Shown here: positions 12,963-24,069 of the stretch, in pieces
Position numbering within the stretch: the first letter of the stretch is position 1
Layout: every line of letters starts with the position of its first letter
DNA from: Felis catus
Taxonomy: Eukaryota
DNA: 64,000 nt
Direction of reading: 5' to 3'
NCBI RefSeq assembly: GCF_018350175.1
Contig: NC_058368.1
Location: forward strand, 231,758,001-231,822,000
The notes under the pieces: generated by a model
The model's database searches: none
What the model was told of the DNA's origin: nothing
The model's input: the letters and a program-made list of their open reading frames with translations, nothing else
Translations under genes and position numbers: made by a program

Positions 12963-15911
12963 GGAGAAAGGGAGGAAGGGAGAGGGAGAAAGAGAGGAAG
13001 AAGAAGGGAGGGAAGAATTGGAAGTTCCACAGCTCACTTTCCAGCTGAAGACAAAATTGTGAGGACTCAAGATTATTCCAGGGACGCATGTGCAAGCATC
13101 TCTGGCTTCCCTTTCCACACTGTAACTAACAAGGGGTTCTTGTCTGTAATGTTCGTTACACGTAGGACCTGAATTCAATGTATTATTACATCGCGCATGA
13201 TTCTATTTGCTGCCATGCAAATCAATTTCAGCATATTGAGAAGAGTAAAGGAAAAGCATGGAAATATATGACCAGGATATGCAGACGAAGGGAAAGGACA
13301 AGTAAATGGGAGTGACCTGAATATTAAACACAAAAATTTTAGTCCCGGAGATCGACTGCAAATTTAAGGGGAGAGAAACAAATGAATAGATTTAAAGAAT
13401 GAGTAGTCTGAAAGAGTCGGGAGCTTTCTGACCAAAATGCTGTGAATTTCAGATGCAGTAAATTCCATATCGGCTTCACAAGGACTGAGCTCTGCTCCCG
13501 GGAAGATTCAGCAAGGAGGTCTGCGCCGGTTTGCCCCGGGTCTATTTCTTTCTTATTTGAACGATCTTATTAAATATACAATAATGTTAATACATGCACA
13601 TGCTCCTTAGAGCAGGAATTGTTCCCTTGGTAATGAAGTGGGAACACCCACTTGGGAAAGGTATTAAAACCATCACTCACTTTCATGATGACTCTAATCT
13701 CAGAGCAAATGTCCGTGAGCCACTGGAAGGCAGAAAGATGATCATTATAGCCTTCTACCTGGTGAAAAGCTCGCCGCTGTCAATCTAACTGCGTGTGAAA
13801 AAAAATCGCACTTTCTTTTGAGGAGCTGAGTGATTTGAATATAAATAAGCAACTCTTTCCGCCTGTCAGTTACCTCGAGAATATTTAGTGTTGTCTCTTT
13901 TAATGATTGCTCATTACAGATGAGTGCGAGTGAGCGGATTTAATCAGGGTAATACGGGGTAATCATCATGTGAATTTCTCCACATCGGGACTTGTTCCAT
14001 CTGTTCCGAGCCATTTGTCCATGTAAAACTGTCACCATCTCGAGCCAGTGACTGACAGGTGAGGCCAGACATGTACGTTTTTCATCTCAGACTCAGAAAC
14101 TCTCTGACGTGTCCTTCTCAGCGAAACAAACAGCTTAAAAGACGTAGAGGGGTCTGTATTTAGGACCTTTTTTTTTTTCCTTTCGTGGGTTTGTTGGGTT
14201 CCTCATTAAAATACTTAGCTCAGTCTCTCTTAGCACAAGAGCATGACCAAGGCCACAGTTATCTTGACGGACGTGGTGGAATCTAGGGGGAAGGCTGGGT
14301 AACACCACCTCGGAAGGCTTCGCATCAGCACTGACAGCAGCCACCTCCTGGGGTTGAATGGGGCATCGGCTTAGCAGCCACACAAATGCTGTGCTCCCAG
14401 GCATAGATGTCTTTTATTCTGCCTTCCTTCCGTGTAGGAAGTGCCAGTCTCGGGCGAGGTGGCAGCCCTTGTCAGCAGCCTTTGTGCGTGGTCACTGAAG
14501 ACATGGGTTATGGAAATTATTTAATGAAAAAAACGTAGCTTAAGCCTCATGAATCTTTATTTTTTACTCCATGGGATTTCCACGTCAGAAGACCTACAAG
14601 AACCGAAGCTCTCTGTTGAAGGATTGCCTCTAGCCCCCAAGCTGGTTCTAACAAAAATTGGAAGAGAATATTTGAGGACCGAATATCCCCTCAAGAAGCT
14701 TCAATCCACCAGACAAGCAGCAGCCAATAAACACAATTAGACAGAGTTATTCCCTTTAAGTCTTTGGTGGACCGTGTGTCACCTCAGCTGCACCTGCTAG
14801 TTTGCGGTCAGTGCTGGAAGACCGGGCTGTTGTTTTAGACTCAGAATCAACTTTTGTCCACCCTTTCCCTTGTGTCACCGTGACTGTTTTGCAATACTGA
14901 GGTGCCCAAACCATGCTGAAGGGCTCAGTACGTAAATGTCGCCACCACATTGGGGCAACAGGGAAGAGTTAGACGGGGGTCCTATGACCCGACGGCTCTA
15001 GGAACCGGCAGAAAACAGAAACTCTCGAGACGACTTTACAACATTTAGTTCTCTTTTCCTTTGTTATGAAAAGCCTTATATAACCGACTCCGGTTCTACA
15101 TCACAAAAGTACCTTGCGCCAAATACCAAAGGAATGAGTGGGGTAGGGGGTGAGGAGAAAGCCCAGATATGCCCTCAAAGAGCCGAGTCTCACAGGCCAC
15201 GAAGTGACAGGGCAGAAGCACGGAGGTTTGACTGAGAACCAGGGAAATAGGGGTTGCTGCTTTTTTGAGAGTTTTCGGCTTCATTGTTTCATAGCTGGAG
15301 GCCCTTCTGTTTTTGCTTTTCGAGCCCTCAGAACGTACAAACAGAAAGTGGTTTTTAAGTACATTTTTCTTCCCACCTGATGGAGAGGAACAAGATGCAT
15401 CTTGATTGTCACGCTTGAATCCGGATCCATTTTCATAGAATCCACTCAGGATCTGGCTCCCTCGATGCCCTCTTTGATGATGTTCCTGCTTGTTTCCTTT
15501 ATCTCACTGAAGCCGTGACAAGAACAGGGAAGAGTCCTACACTGCACAGACGTTGCATATTCAGGGAAGAATGATAAAGTAACCAGGAGATTTATCCCCA
15601 CCACTAATGTTTTCTACCGGCAAGATTCATGCTCAGTATCCTTTACGGCACCTTTGGACAAAGGGAAATGCGTCCACAAAGACATGCCTCATTAGGACGT
15701 CTGCTGGGAACTGTATGGTCAAGCGCTGAGTCGGAAAAGCTTCAATAAATTGTTCCCCACTTTATGCTCCGGTACGGAATTGCTGAATTATCCAAACACG
15801 TAACTTTGTTTTAGATCACACCGTCCATGGGATGGGCTCTGCCTTCAGTCTCTGAACGTCTTAAGGATGAAAACCGTGTCCCATTCCCTTCCGTCCCCTC
15901 GATATCTAGGA

Positions 15912-16110
15912 CCGTGGCGTTCCACTGGAAAATGTCTTCCCGCCCAGGGAGCATTTGGCAATGTCTGGAAATGCCGCTGGTTGCCTAGAGAGTGGGGCGC
16001 GCTACTGGCATCTGGCTGGTGGACGCATCTTACAGCACATGGGCTGTCCCCCTCACCAACAAAGAACTATCCAACCCGCAATGTCAATAGTGTGGAGATT
16101 GAGAGAACCT
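15912..16110 (+). mobile_element. MER20 (hAT-Charlie non-autonomous element)
   Basis: catttggcaatgtctgga, gctactggcatct, caacaaagaactatcc..aatgtcaatagtg..ttgaga. Confidence 0.88.
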
Positions 16111-17013
16111 GCCTTAGTGTGACACCTGGCACGGGATGCATGTTAATAAATGCTGATTTAATTTCTCCAAAAATAGTCTGTTCGACAATTAGAACAGCAA
16201 ACTGAATCGGGTACTCTTTTCCTAAATGACTTTTCCCCTGGAATAACCAGATCATGTCGTAAAAACCTCATAGTTTTGGATAAAAAAAAAAGAAACAGGG
16301 AAAAGGTTTCCAACCCTATGTTATCCTGCAGCTGGATCCGGGTACGAATGATTCTAAGTGATTCTCTCAGTGGTACATTGTCTTCCTTTAGGCTTTTGAC
16401 TGATTGTATATGCATATGGGTAAGCCTAATTCCTTTGTCTCTATGTTTTTTGACGCTTTCTGTTATCCCATATATTTTATTATATAACTGCTTTACATTT
16501 CCAGTGGTCCTGAATCATTGAGCCATTGCATATTGGATAACTACTACTCAGGAGTCCTATGTGCTGACCATTCCGCACCATTGTAGCAGAAGTGATCATC
16601 TCAGAGTCACGTCTTTTTAAAGAATGCCCCGCTAACACGAAGCAGAATTACACCTGCAGGCACAATTCAATATTCATGGTGGAGGTGAAGGATTGAGGAG
16701 TTTCCACTGATTATGTGGTAGGGGAGCCCTTCTCCCAGCCCTGAAGGTGTCTGTTTCCACTATTTGCTTGTGACGACGTCCGAAGCTAAGTAGATCTGAA
16801 AAATGCAAAAGCTATCGCCAAGAAGCAAATTATTGCTGGAGTATCTCTTTCTTATTTGACTGGCTCGGAACCAAATTGAGAAAACGGTGATATAAACAAA
16901 TGTATGCCACCTTCCTGTCCCATTGCCTTTTTTGTCAGTCATGTTCCCTAAAGGGTTTCTAGTCTAGTTGAAGAAAAATAGAAAACTAGAATAATCTACA
17001 CTGTCCAAAAATC

Positions 17014-17019
17014 TATAAA
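17014..17019 (+). promoter_or_regulatory. Possible TATA box 46 nt upstream of the TAS2R1 ATG
   Basis: TATAAA in ctataaatac; motif only, AT-rich context. Confidence 0.3.
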
Positions 17020-17034
17020 TACATCAGTTTTTAA

Positions 17035-17058
17035 AGTAACCGATTTTTTTCTTCTCAG
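17035..17058 (+). promoter_or_regulatory. Candidate 3' splice acceptor immediately upstream of the TAS2R1 start codon
   Basis: gtaac (branch-point-like), then ttttttt cttct, then CAG at 17056-17058, followed by a-ATG. Confidence 0.45.
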
Positions 17059-17059
17059 A

Positions 17060-17956
17060 ATGCTAGACTTTTACCTCATTATCCATTTTCTTCTTCCAGT
17101 GATACAATGTCTCATCGGAGTTTTAGCAAATGGCATCATTGTGATCGTGAATGGCACTGAGTTGATCAAGCAGAGAAAGATGGTTCCGTTGGATCTCCTT
17201 CTTTCCTGCCTGGCGATTTCCAGGATTTGTCTGCAGTCATTTATCTTCTACATTAATCTGGTTATTCTCTCCTTGATCGACTTCCTTCCACTTGTTAAGA
17301 ATTTTGCGGTTTTCATGTTTGTAAATGAAACGGGACTTTGGCTGGCCACATGGCTCGGCGTTTTCTACTGCGCCAAGATCTCCCCCATCGCTCACCCACT
17401 CTTCTTCTGGTTGAAGAGGAGGATATCCAAGTTGGTGCCATGGCTGATCATCGGGTCTCTGCTTTTTGCCTCCATCCCTTTGGTTTTCTACAGCAAGCAT
17501 ACGTGGGTTCTTTCCCAAGAAGTCTTGTTGAGACTTTTCTCCCCAAATGCAACAACTCAAATCAAAGAAACATCTGCTTTACAGATTGTCTCTCTTGCTA
17601 GGTTTTCACCGCCGTTCATTATCTTCCTCACTTCTACTCTGCTCCTGGTGTTTTCTCTGGGGAGACATACGTGGCAGATGAGAAACACAGCGACGGGCAC
17701 CAGGGACGGTAGCACAGGTGTCCATGTGAGTGCGCTTCTGTCCATTCTGTCCTTCTTAGTCCTCTATCTCTCCCACTACATGACAGCTGCTTTGCTCTCT
17801 TCTCACATTTTTGAGCTCAGAAGCTTCATGTTTCTGTTCTGTATCTTGGTGTTTGGGTCCTACCCTTCGGGACACTCTATTATCTTAATTTCGGGAAATC
17901 GTAAACTGAAACAAAATGCAAAGAAGTTCCTCCTCCATGGGCAGTGCTGCCAGTGA
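17060..17956 (+). CDS. TAS2R1: Taste receptor type 2 member 1 (bitter taste GPCR), uninterrupted CDS, 298 aa
   Basis: Seven hydrophobic segments; TAS2R motifs NGIIV (TM1), LSCLAISR (TM2), [14 protein letters not shown] (TM3), [11 protein letters not shown] (ICL2), ECL2 sequon N163-[12 protein letters not shown] (TM5), [10 protein letters not shown] (TM7); C-terminus [15 protein letters not shown] matches human TAS2R1 as recalled. Confidence 0.97.
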   Translation: MLDFYLIIHFLLPVIQCLIGVLANGIIVIVNGTELIKQRKMVPLDLLLSCLAISRICLQSFIFYINLVILSLIDFLPLVKNFAVFMFVNETGLWLATWLGVFYCAKISPIAHPLFFWLKRRISKLVPWLIIGSLLFASIPLVFYSKHTWVLSQEVLLRLFSPNATTQIKETSALQIVSLARFSPPFIIFLTSTLLLVFSLGRHTWQMRNTATGTRDGSTGVHVSALLSILSFLVLYLSHYMTAALLSSHIFELRSFMFLFCILVFGSYPSGHSIILISGNRKLKQNAKKFLLHGQCCQ

Positions 17957-18144
17957 GAGAGAACTTTGGTCCATTCGAAGAACTGGCAGTTCCATGAGCT
18001 GACGATGCCTGCCATACCTTCTTGAGTCAAACAAAGCAGTCGGCTCACAATTACACAAAGCTTGGACTGCTTGTCTAACCTGAGGCATTTTTATGGATTT
18101 GCCCCTTTTTCAAAGGGTTATATTGATTTTCAGAGCCCAACGCA

Positions 18145-18315
18145 CACTGGCGGATCGCATCAATGTCAATATCCTCATTGCGATACTGTACTATCAGGGT
18201 GCAGGGTGTTACCTGATTGGGAAAGACTGGGTAAGTGGTACGGGAATCGATCTGTATTATTTCTCACAGCTGCACGTGAATCAGCAATTGTCTCAAAAAG
18301 TTTAGAGAAAAAGAA
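18145..18315 (+). mobile_element. Old L1 (L1MC/MD-like) 3' terminus just downstream of TAS2R1
   Basis: atcaatgtcaatatcct..ctgtattatttctcacagctgcacgtgaatc..tctcaaaa. Confidence 0.75.
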
Positions 18316-20325
18316 AAGGACGTTTGAACTCGTGATGTCAGAAGGGTGCATGAATGCCGTGGGGTCCCCGTGCGCCCGATGTCTCATCTAGATGATGGAT
18401 CTTGAAAGGACCGGTTGCTCCTTTTGGGTCTAACTTGCAGATTATTTTTGCTCTGTTTGTTAGAGTTGTCCAATCTGAGAGAGAGCTGAGGACAGGCTGG
18501 CCATCTCTGTCCTGGTAAGCTTGCTCACCGACGCCACACTGCTGAGATGCTAGACACCATGTTGACATGTCCCATCAACTGCCCAAAAGAGCAGGCAGAT
18601 GGAGGAGGAAAGAGGAACCCGGGCCTGAATTTTCCATTTCCCCTAACTGGGCCCACAGACCAGAAAATAGTTTGCAAAGCTGTTTCATCTTGCATTTGTG
18701 TGCTCGGCTTTGGGACCTTTTCAACCGATGGTACCAAATTAGAACTCCTACCACATCGCATGTCTTCTCAATGAAGCAACACCAGTAGGTGGGTGGACTG
18801 GGGGCTTCTCCGTCCGCCTCACGTCACAGATGCATCTGCTATGTGACTGATGGTTTTTAGATGCTCAGATATATAGGTATTTCTAAAACAGCTTCGGAAC
18901 CCTTTTGCTTCCTGTGAAACGAAAGACGTTCCCCAGTTTGGCTAGAGCTTGTAGCTCATGTGTGATGATGGAAAGCCTGTTGAGGTTTGGGTTGGCCAAT
19001 TGCCAGGAATGGAGATTCAGAGGATGGTTTCCTCGCCCAAGACATGCACGCTTGGTTGTACTAAAATAACAGAAGTCTTTGCTTCGGAAGAGTGCAGGAA
19101 AGTATTTATCTTCTTGGGTGTGGGAACTTGGGTATGCATCTCAGACTTCCCCCCACCAAGGAGCAAATTAACAGTCTCCATCTTCCTGCTATTTTATTTT
19201 CCTTCGTCCCAGTAGGTGGGAAGGTTTATAACTAATCGTGCACCCAGGCAGCCAGCTCTGGGAACAGCAGTTGTGTCCTGTAGGTGATTATTTCTCCCGC
19301 TTTGAGAAGGCACAGTGAAGAGTTACTTTTATTTTCTGTGCATCTCAAGTGCGGATGCCGGCTCTTTGAATCACGGTGTGTGTATCGGCAGGTGGATGGA
19401 GAGAGAGTGGGGGCGGTTTCAAACATTCGGGGAGAAATATGTAAATATACAAACTCTCTTGTGATTTTTTTTTTTCCTCTGATGCCAAATCCTGATTCCA
19501 TTACATGCAACTTCTGCTTTCAGAAGGCTAGTAAATGAGATGAATATTAAGGTCAGACTGTTTGGATACTTAAACGTTACCAAGGAGTTCTAGAAAAGAG
19601 GATGCATACTCTTTCCTGTAGAAACGTTTTCGCAATCTACTCTCCTAGAACTATTTCTTCCAGAAACGTCACCTGGCTATCTCGTTGATGGAGATTGTGT
19701 AGAATGCTAATTGTTCCGTTGTAGAAGCAAAACAGACTCAGCCTTTGATCCCTCCGTAGCAGCCCTTGGCTGGAATCTTTAGCCTGGACAAATTGGTTCT
19801 GTCCTGGCATCTAGCTTGGGTAGCATGGGGTTAGCCTCTGTATAGGTACCAACTCTTCCTCTACCCTACCCCTGCATCTATAGGCGTGGACTAGCCATTG
19901 TGGCCCCTGGGAGCCTTGGCTGGGGGTCACATGCCCATGGGTCAGGCCAGAAGGCTGTTAACTACAGGGCACAGTGCTATGTGCCCTTCATCCCCTGCCC
20001 GTGGTCCCCCACCCCTCCCCGCCAGAGTAGATCCAGCGGCCCTGCTCAGTCAAGAGCAAAGGAGGATCGGCTACCAGGCAGGCTCTTACTGAAAAGGGAG
20101 CCAGCATAGTACCTCATCCCATTTCAGATAGGGGTTCGGTAAGCGGCCCCAAACCAGAATGCCAGGATTGCCCCTCGTGTCCCACTCCCCATGCTGACAC
20201 TGACTCCTTTGGTCAAGGATTCTCTATGGTTTCCAGTGACTAAACATGGTAACTGACTGAAAAGGTGCTGATGTAAATACTTTTTGTAAGTATAGATACT
20301 GTAACAATTTGAATATTGAAACACA

Positions 20326-20522
20326 GGGGCGCCTGGGTGGCTCAGTTGCCTGAGTGCCCCATTCTTGATTTTGGCTTAGGCCATGATCTCAGGGTCATGG
20401 GATTGAGCCCCACGTCAAGTACCTCGTTGAGTGTGCAGCCTGCTTAAGATTCTATCTTGCTCTCTGCCCCTCTCCCCTGCTCATGCCTTCTCTCTTTGAA
20501 ATAAAAAAAAAATTAAAATAAA
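20326..20522 (+). mobile_element. Can-SINE (older subfamily)
   Basis: ggggcgcctgggtggctcag head; tail contains AATAAA at 20500. Confidence 0.93.
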
Positions 20523-20559
20523 TGCAACAATTTAAAAAGTCTCACAAATTATTAATGCC

Positions 20560-20767
20560 TTTTTTTTTAACGTTTATTTATTTGGGGGAGAGAGAGACAG
20601 AGCACATGGAAGGGAGAAGCAGAGAGAGAGGGAGACAGAGAATCCAAAGCAGGCTCCAGGCTGAGCTGTCAGCACAGAGCCCAATGCAGGGCTCGAGCCC
20701 ATGAACTGCAAGGTTATGACCTGAGCCGAAGTCGGATGCCCAACTGAATGAGTCACCCAAATACCCC
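20560..20767 (-). mobile_element. Can-SINE
   Basis: Antisense full copy; TSD aatgccttt. Confidence 0.93.
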
Positions 20768-20908
20768 ACAAATGCCTTTCGAATTCTCACTCATTCAAAT
20801 ATAATAACTGTTGAAGACAGAATAATCTGGACCTGGAAGTGCTAGGAGCACATTAGCATTTAATGTCTACCGGTCTTCAAACTGATGACCACCCATTCCA
20901 GACAGATC

Positions 20909-21142
20909 TTTTAAAAAAAAAATTAATGTTTATTTATTTTTGAGAGGGGGGGGAGAGAGAGAGAGAGAGAGAAAGCATCAGCAGGGGAGGGGCAGAGAGA
21001 GAGGGAGACACAGAATCTGAAGTAGGCTCCAGGCTCTGAGCTGTCAGCACAGAGCCCGATGCGGGGCTCAAACTCACAAACTGCCAGATTGTGATCTGAG
21101 CCACAGTCAGATGCTCAACTGACTGAGCCACCCAGGAGCCCC
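20909..21142 (-). mobile_element. Can-SINE
   Basis: Antisense full copy. Confidence 0.94.
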
Positions 21143-21944
21143 ATGCAGATAGACCTTAACACCCTGTTGGATGCTTAGGTATTAGTCATACTCATCAGAC
21201 TGTGAATATTCAAATCTTAGGCTTTAGAAATATGGTTACAACAACTTTTGTCCATATAGACCGACATCTCTTCGGGTAACAAGAGGGACAGGTAGTCAGA
21301 AATATCCAAAAGAGAAAGAAACCAGGCAGATCATCCAAATCGACTTTGGCAATCCATGGGACAACAGATGTTACAGACAGATGGCACCCATAGTGGAGAA
21401 AACTCCAAACAACAGGGACAGGGAGACCTACATGTTTTAAAAAGTGTCTTACTAGGGTATGAGATTGGAAATCAGATTAGAGATTGTATTAACACAAACT
21501 TAGTTTCAATGGTATATTCTTTTTTTAAAACAAATATTATTTTGCCACTCAATCATTGCAGATTCAACTGAAACCTTTATGCCAGGGGAGAGGGTAGGTT
21601 CTGGAAAAATCGGCCTCAATGGACTGAAAACAGTAGGCTTTGGGAGAGTCAACATAAATTCAGTTACCTTGTGGACATTTATTTCATTACCTTTCTATAT
21701 AAAGCCAGCATCACCCTCTGTTTCCTTGATACACGAAAGTACCTGATGTATGGCTCCATAGCTTCACGGGACTCAATACCGATTGTTTTTAAGATGTGAC
21801 GTAAACATTTGGCTTCAGATCTGTGACATCTGGATCTACTTCATCATTCTGGCTGTGGTTCAGGAGTTGGTGATTGTTTCCTGTGATTTAAAACATATTC
21901 AAACCAATGAAGTGTGGGTTTCCTTTTTTCTTTTTGGTGTTTTA

Positions 21945-22181
21945 TTGGTTTTTATTTTATTTCATTTTGTTTTTTAAATGTTTATTTCTTATTAAGAGAC
22001 AGAGAGAGACAGAGCATGAGCAGGGGAGGGGCAGAGAGAGGAGGAGACACAGAATCCGAAGGAGGCTCCAGGCTCTGAGCTGTCAGGACAGAGCCCGATG
22101 CGGGGCTCAAACTCACAAACTGCAAGATCATGACCTGAGCCGAAGTCGGACGCTTAACCAACTGAGCCACCCAGGCGCCCC
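21945..22181 (-). mobile_element. Can-SINE
   Basis: Antisense full copy; TSD tatt(g/a)gtttttatttt. Confidence 0.95.
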
Positions 22182-22861
22182 TATTAGTTTTTATTTTAAA
22201 CAGTTTTCCACAAGATCATCAGCATAAATAATATTAAATAAAATATCGACTTAAATGTCTGAAAATATGTCCGTTTTTAAAATGAGCGCTGAGAATTCAT
22301 TTTGTTTAAAACTCTGCATTGTTAAGGGAAAAGATACATTGTGACTCTCTATTTTTTGAGGTTAAAATGCATGGTCCTAGGTGAATTCTTCAGCTTCTTG
22401 TAACTCAACTCTCTTCTTCTAGATTTGTGTAAGTAACGCAAGTCCATGCTGATGTATGACTGGGTAGAATTTGAATTTGGGGATATGTGAGGTCCTGTAG
22501 CTAAATTGGGCTCAGCGCTCGGTGAGCATGGTCTGAATGACCTAAATTCCAGAACCACTGGGGAAGCCAGATTCTTCTGAAGACAGGCAGGTGGAAAAGG
22601 ATTTGGAAAATAAATAAGTGGCTAACGGTGGGATAGGATATTATATTACTAAATGTATGGGTTGCCCTCTGGCTGTAAACCCACTCATTTAGAAAGCAGA
22701 TGTTGTGCTTGTGAGTATAAATTAATGTTTTATCTTTCATTTAAGACCCAGGCAATTGGCTTCCAGAGAACGCTGACCAGATACGGTCAGGAAGCTCAGT
22801 TTCATGACAAAATTCTCCAGCACATTCCCCACAGATTTCTGCTCTAATACTTGGAATTCTT

Positions 22862-23081
22862 GGGGCGCCTGGGTGGCTCAGTCGGTTAAGCGTCCGACTT
22901 CAGCCAGGTCACGATCTCGCGGTCCGTGAGTTGTGAGTTCGAGCCCCGCGTCGGGCTCTGGGCTGATGGCTCGGAGCCTGGAGCCTGTTTCCGATTCTGT
23001 GTCTCCCTCTCTCTCTGCCCCTCCCCTGTTCATGCTCTGTCTCTCTCTGTCCCAAAAATAAATAAACATTGAAAAAAAAAT
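22862..23081 (+). mobile_element. Can-SINE (very young SINEC_Fc)
   Basis: Perfect TSD taatacttggaattctt; CpGs intact. Confidence 0.97.
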
Positions 23082-24069
23082 TAATACTTGGAATTCTTGA
23101 AATACAGACTTATGCTTTTGATCATGGAAGCGTGGTGTTCTTAATGGCACTGGTTGATGCTAGATCCAGAAAACAGGCTCTATGGAAGGAGAGAGGAAAC
23201 CTTGAGCACAATATTTTAGATTGGGAGCCTAAGTGGATTTGTATAATACCACTGAAAGATAGGGAATTAGTCCATGCACAAGCCAAACCATTGCATTTCA
23301 AGACTGACAAGCTGGCCTCCTCTGTTCTCGCTAAAACTGCACCTGCTCTTCTGGTCATTTAAGTAACTTCTGTGCGACGCAGTAGGCACAGTGATGAGCT
23401 GATCCTCTGTTCCGTGATCTGTGAAATAGGGATATTAAGAATGGAGACCACATACTGAACCGAGTTCCAGGTTCATAACTGTGAGCTCTAACGATGCAAC
23501 TCCCAAGCAACGGGGACTGAGATCCATTCTGTCCCAAGGAATCTCCAGCAGCACCTTGGGACAGAAGGGGAGTGCACTGGGAAGGAACCTGTTGAACAAC
23601 AGAGGGTCATAGCTCAAATCTAGTCTTGAAAAACTTGAACATCATGTTTCCCCCTCTTAGAAGTGGGGGTGAGAATAATTCCAAACTTGAGGAGAGGAGA
23701 CAGTGAGCCAGTGGAATCAATGCCTTGTTGCTGCTAGTGTTTTCAGTTGTTAAGTCGTATCCAAGGGCTGAAATGTGACCATTTTCGACCCACAGAAATG
23801 GCAGGTTTATGTTTCATGCTACTCATCGATCAAACAATCAGTCGCAGGGTTTGGAGGAAGTGTCTTCTCGCCTATGATCCGTGATGGCCGCCCGCTTGCA
23901 GCAGCCCTGTTGCCTCGAGTCGCACCGTGGATAAGCTCTGTCATATCCACCCCCATGGCCAAGTGGCCACACCCATAGAGAGAGGGAGAGATAGGAGATG
24001 CCCTCAGAGCAGGCAGCAACTATCTGGGAATAAAAGCAATTCTACCAAACGGGCGGGTCAAGTGGGGAC

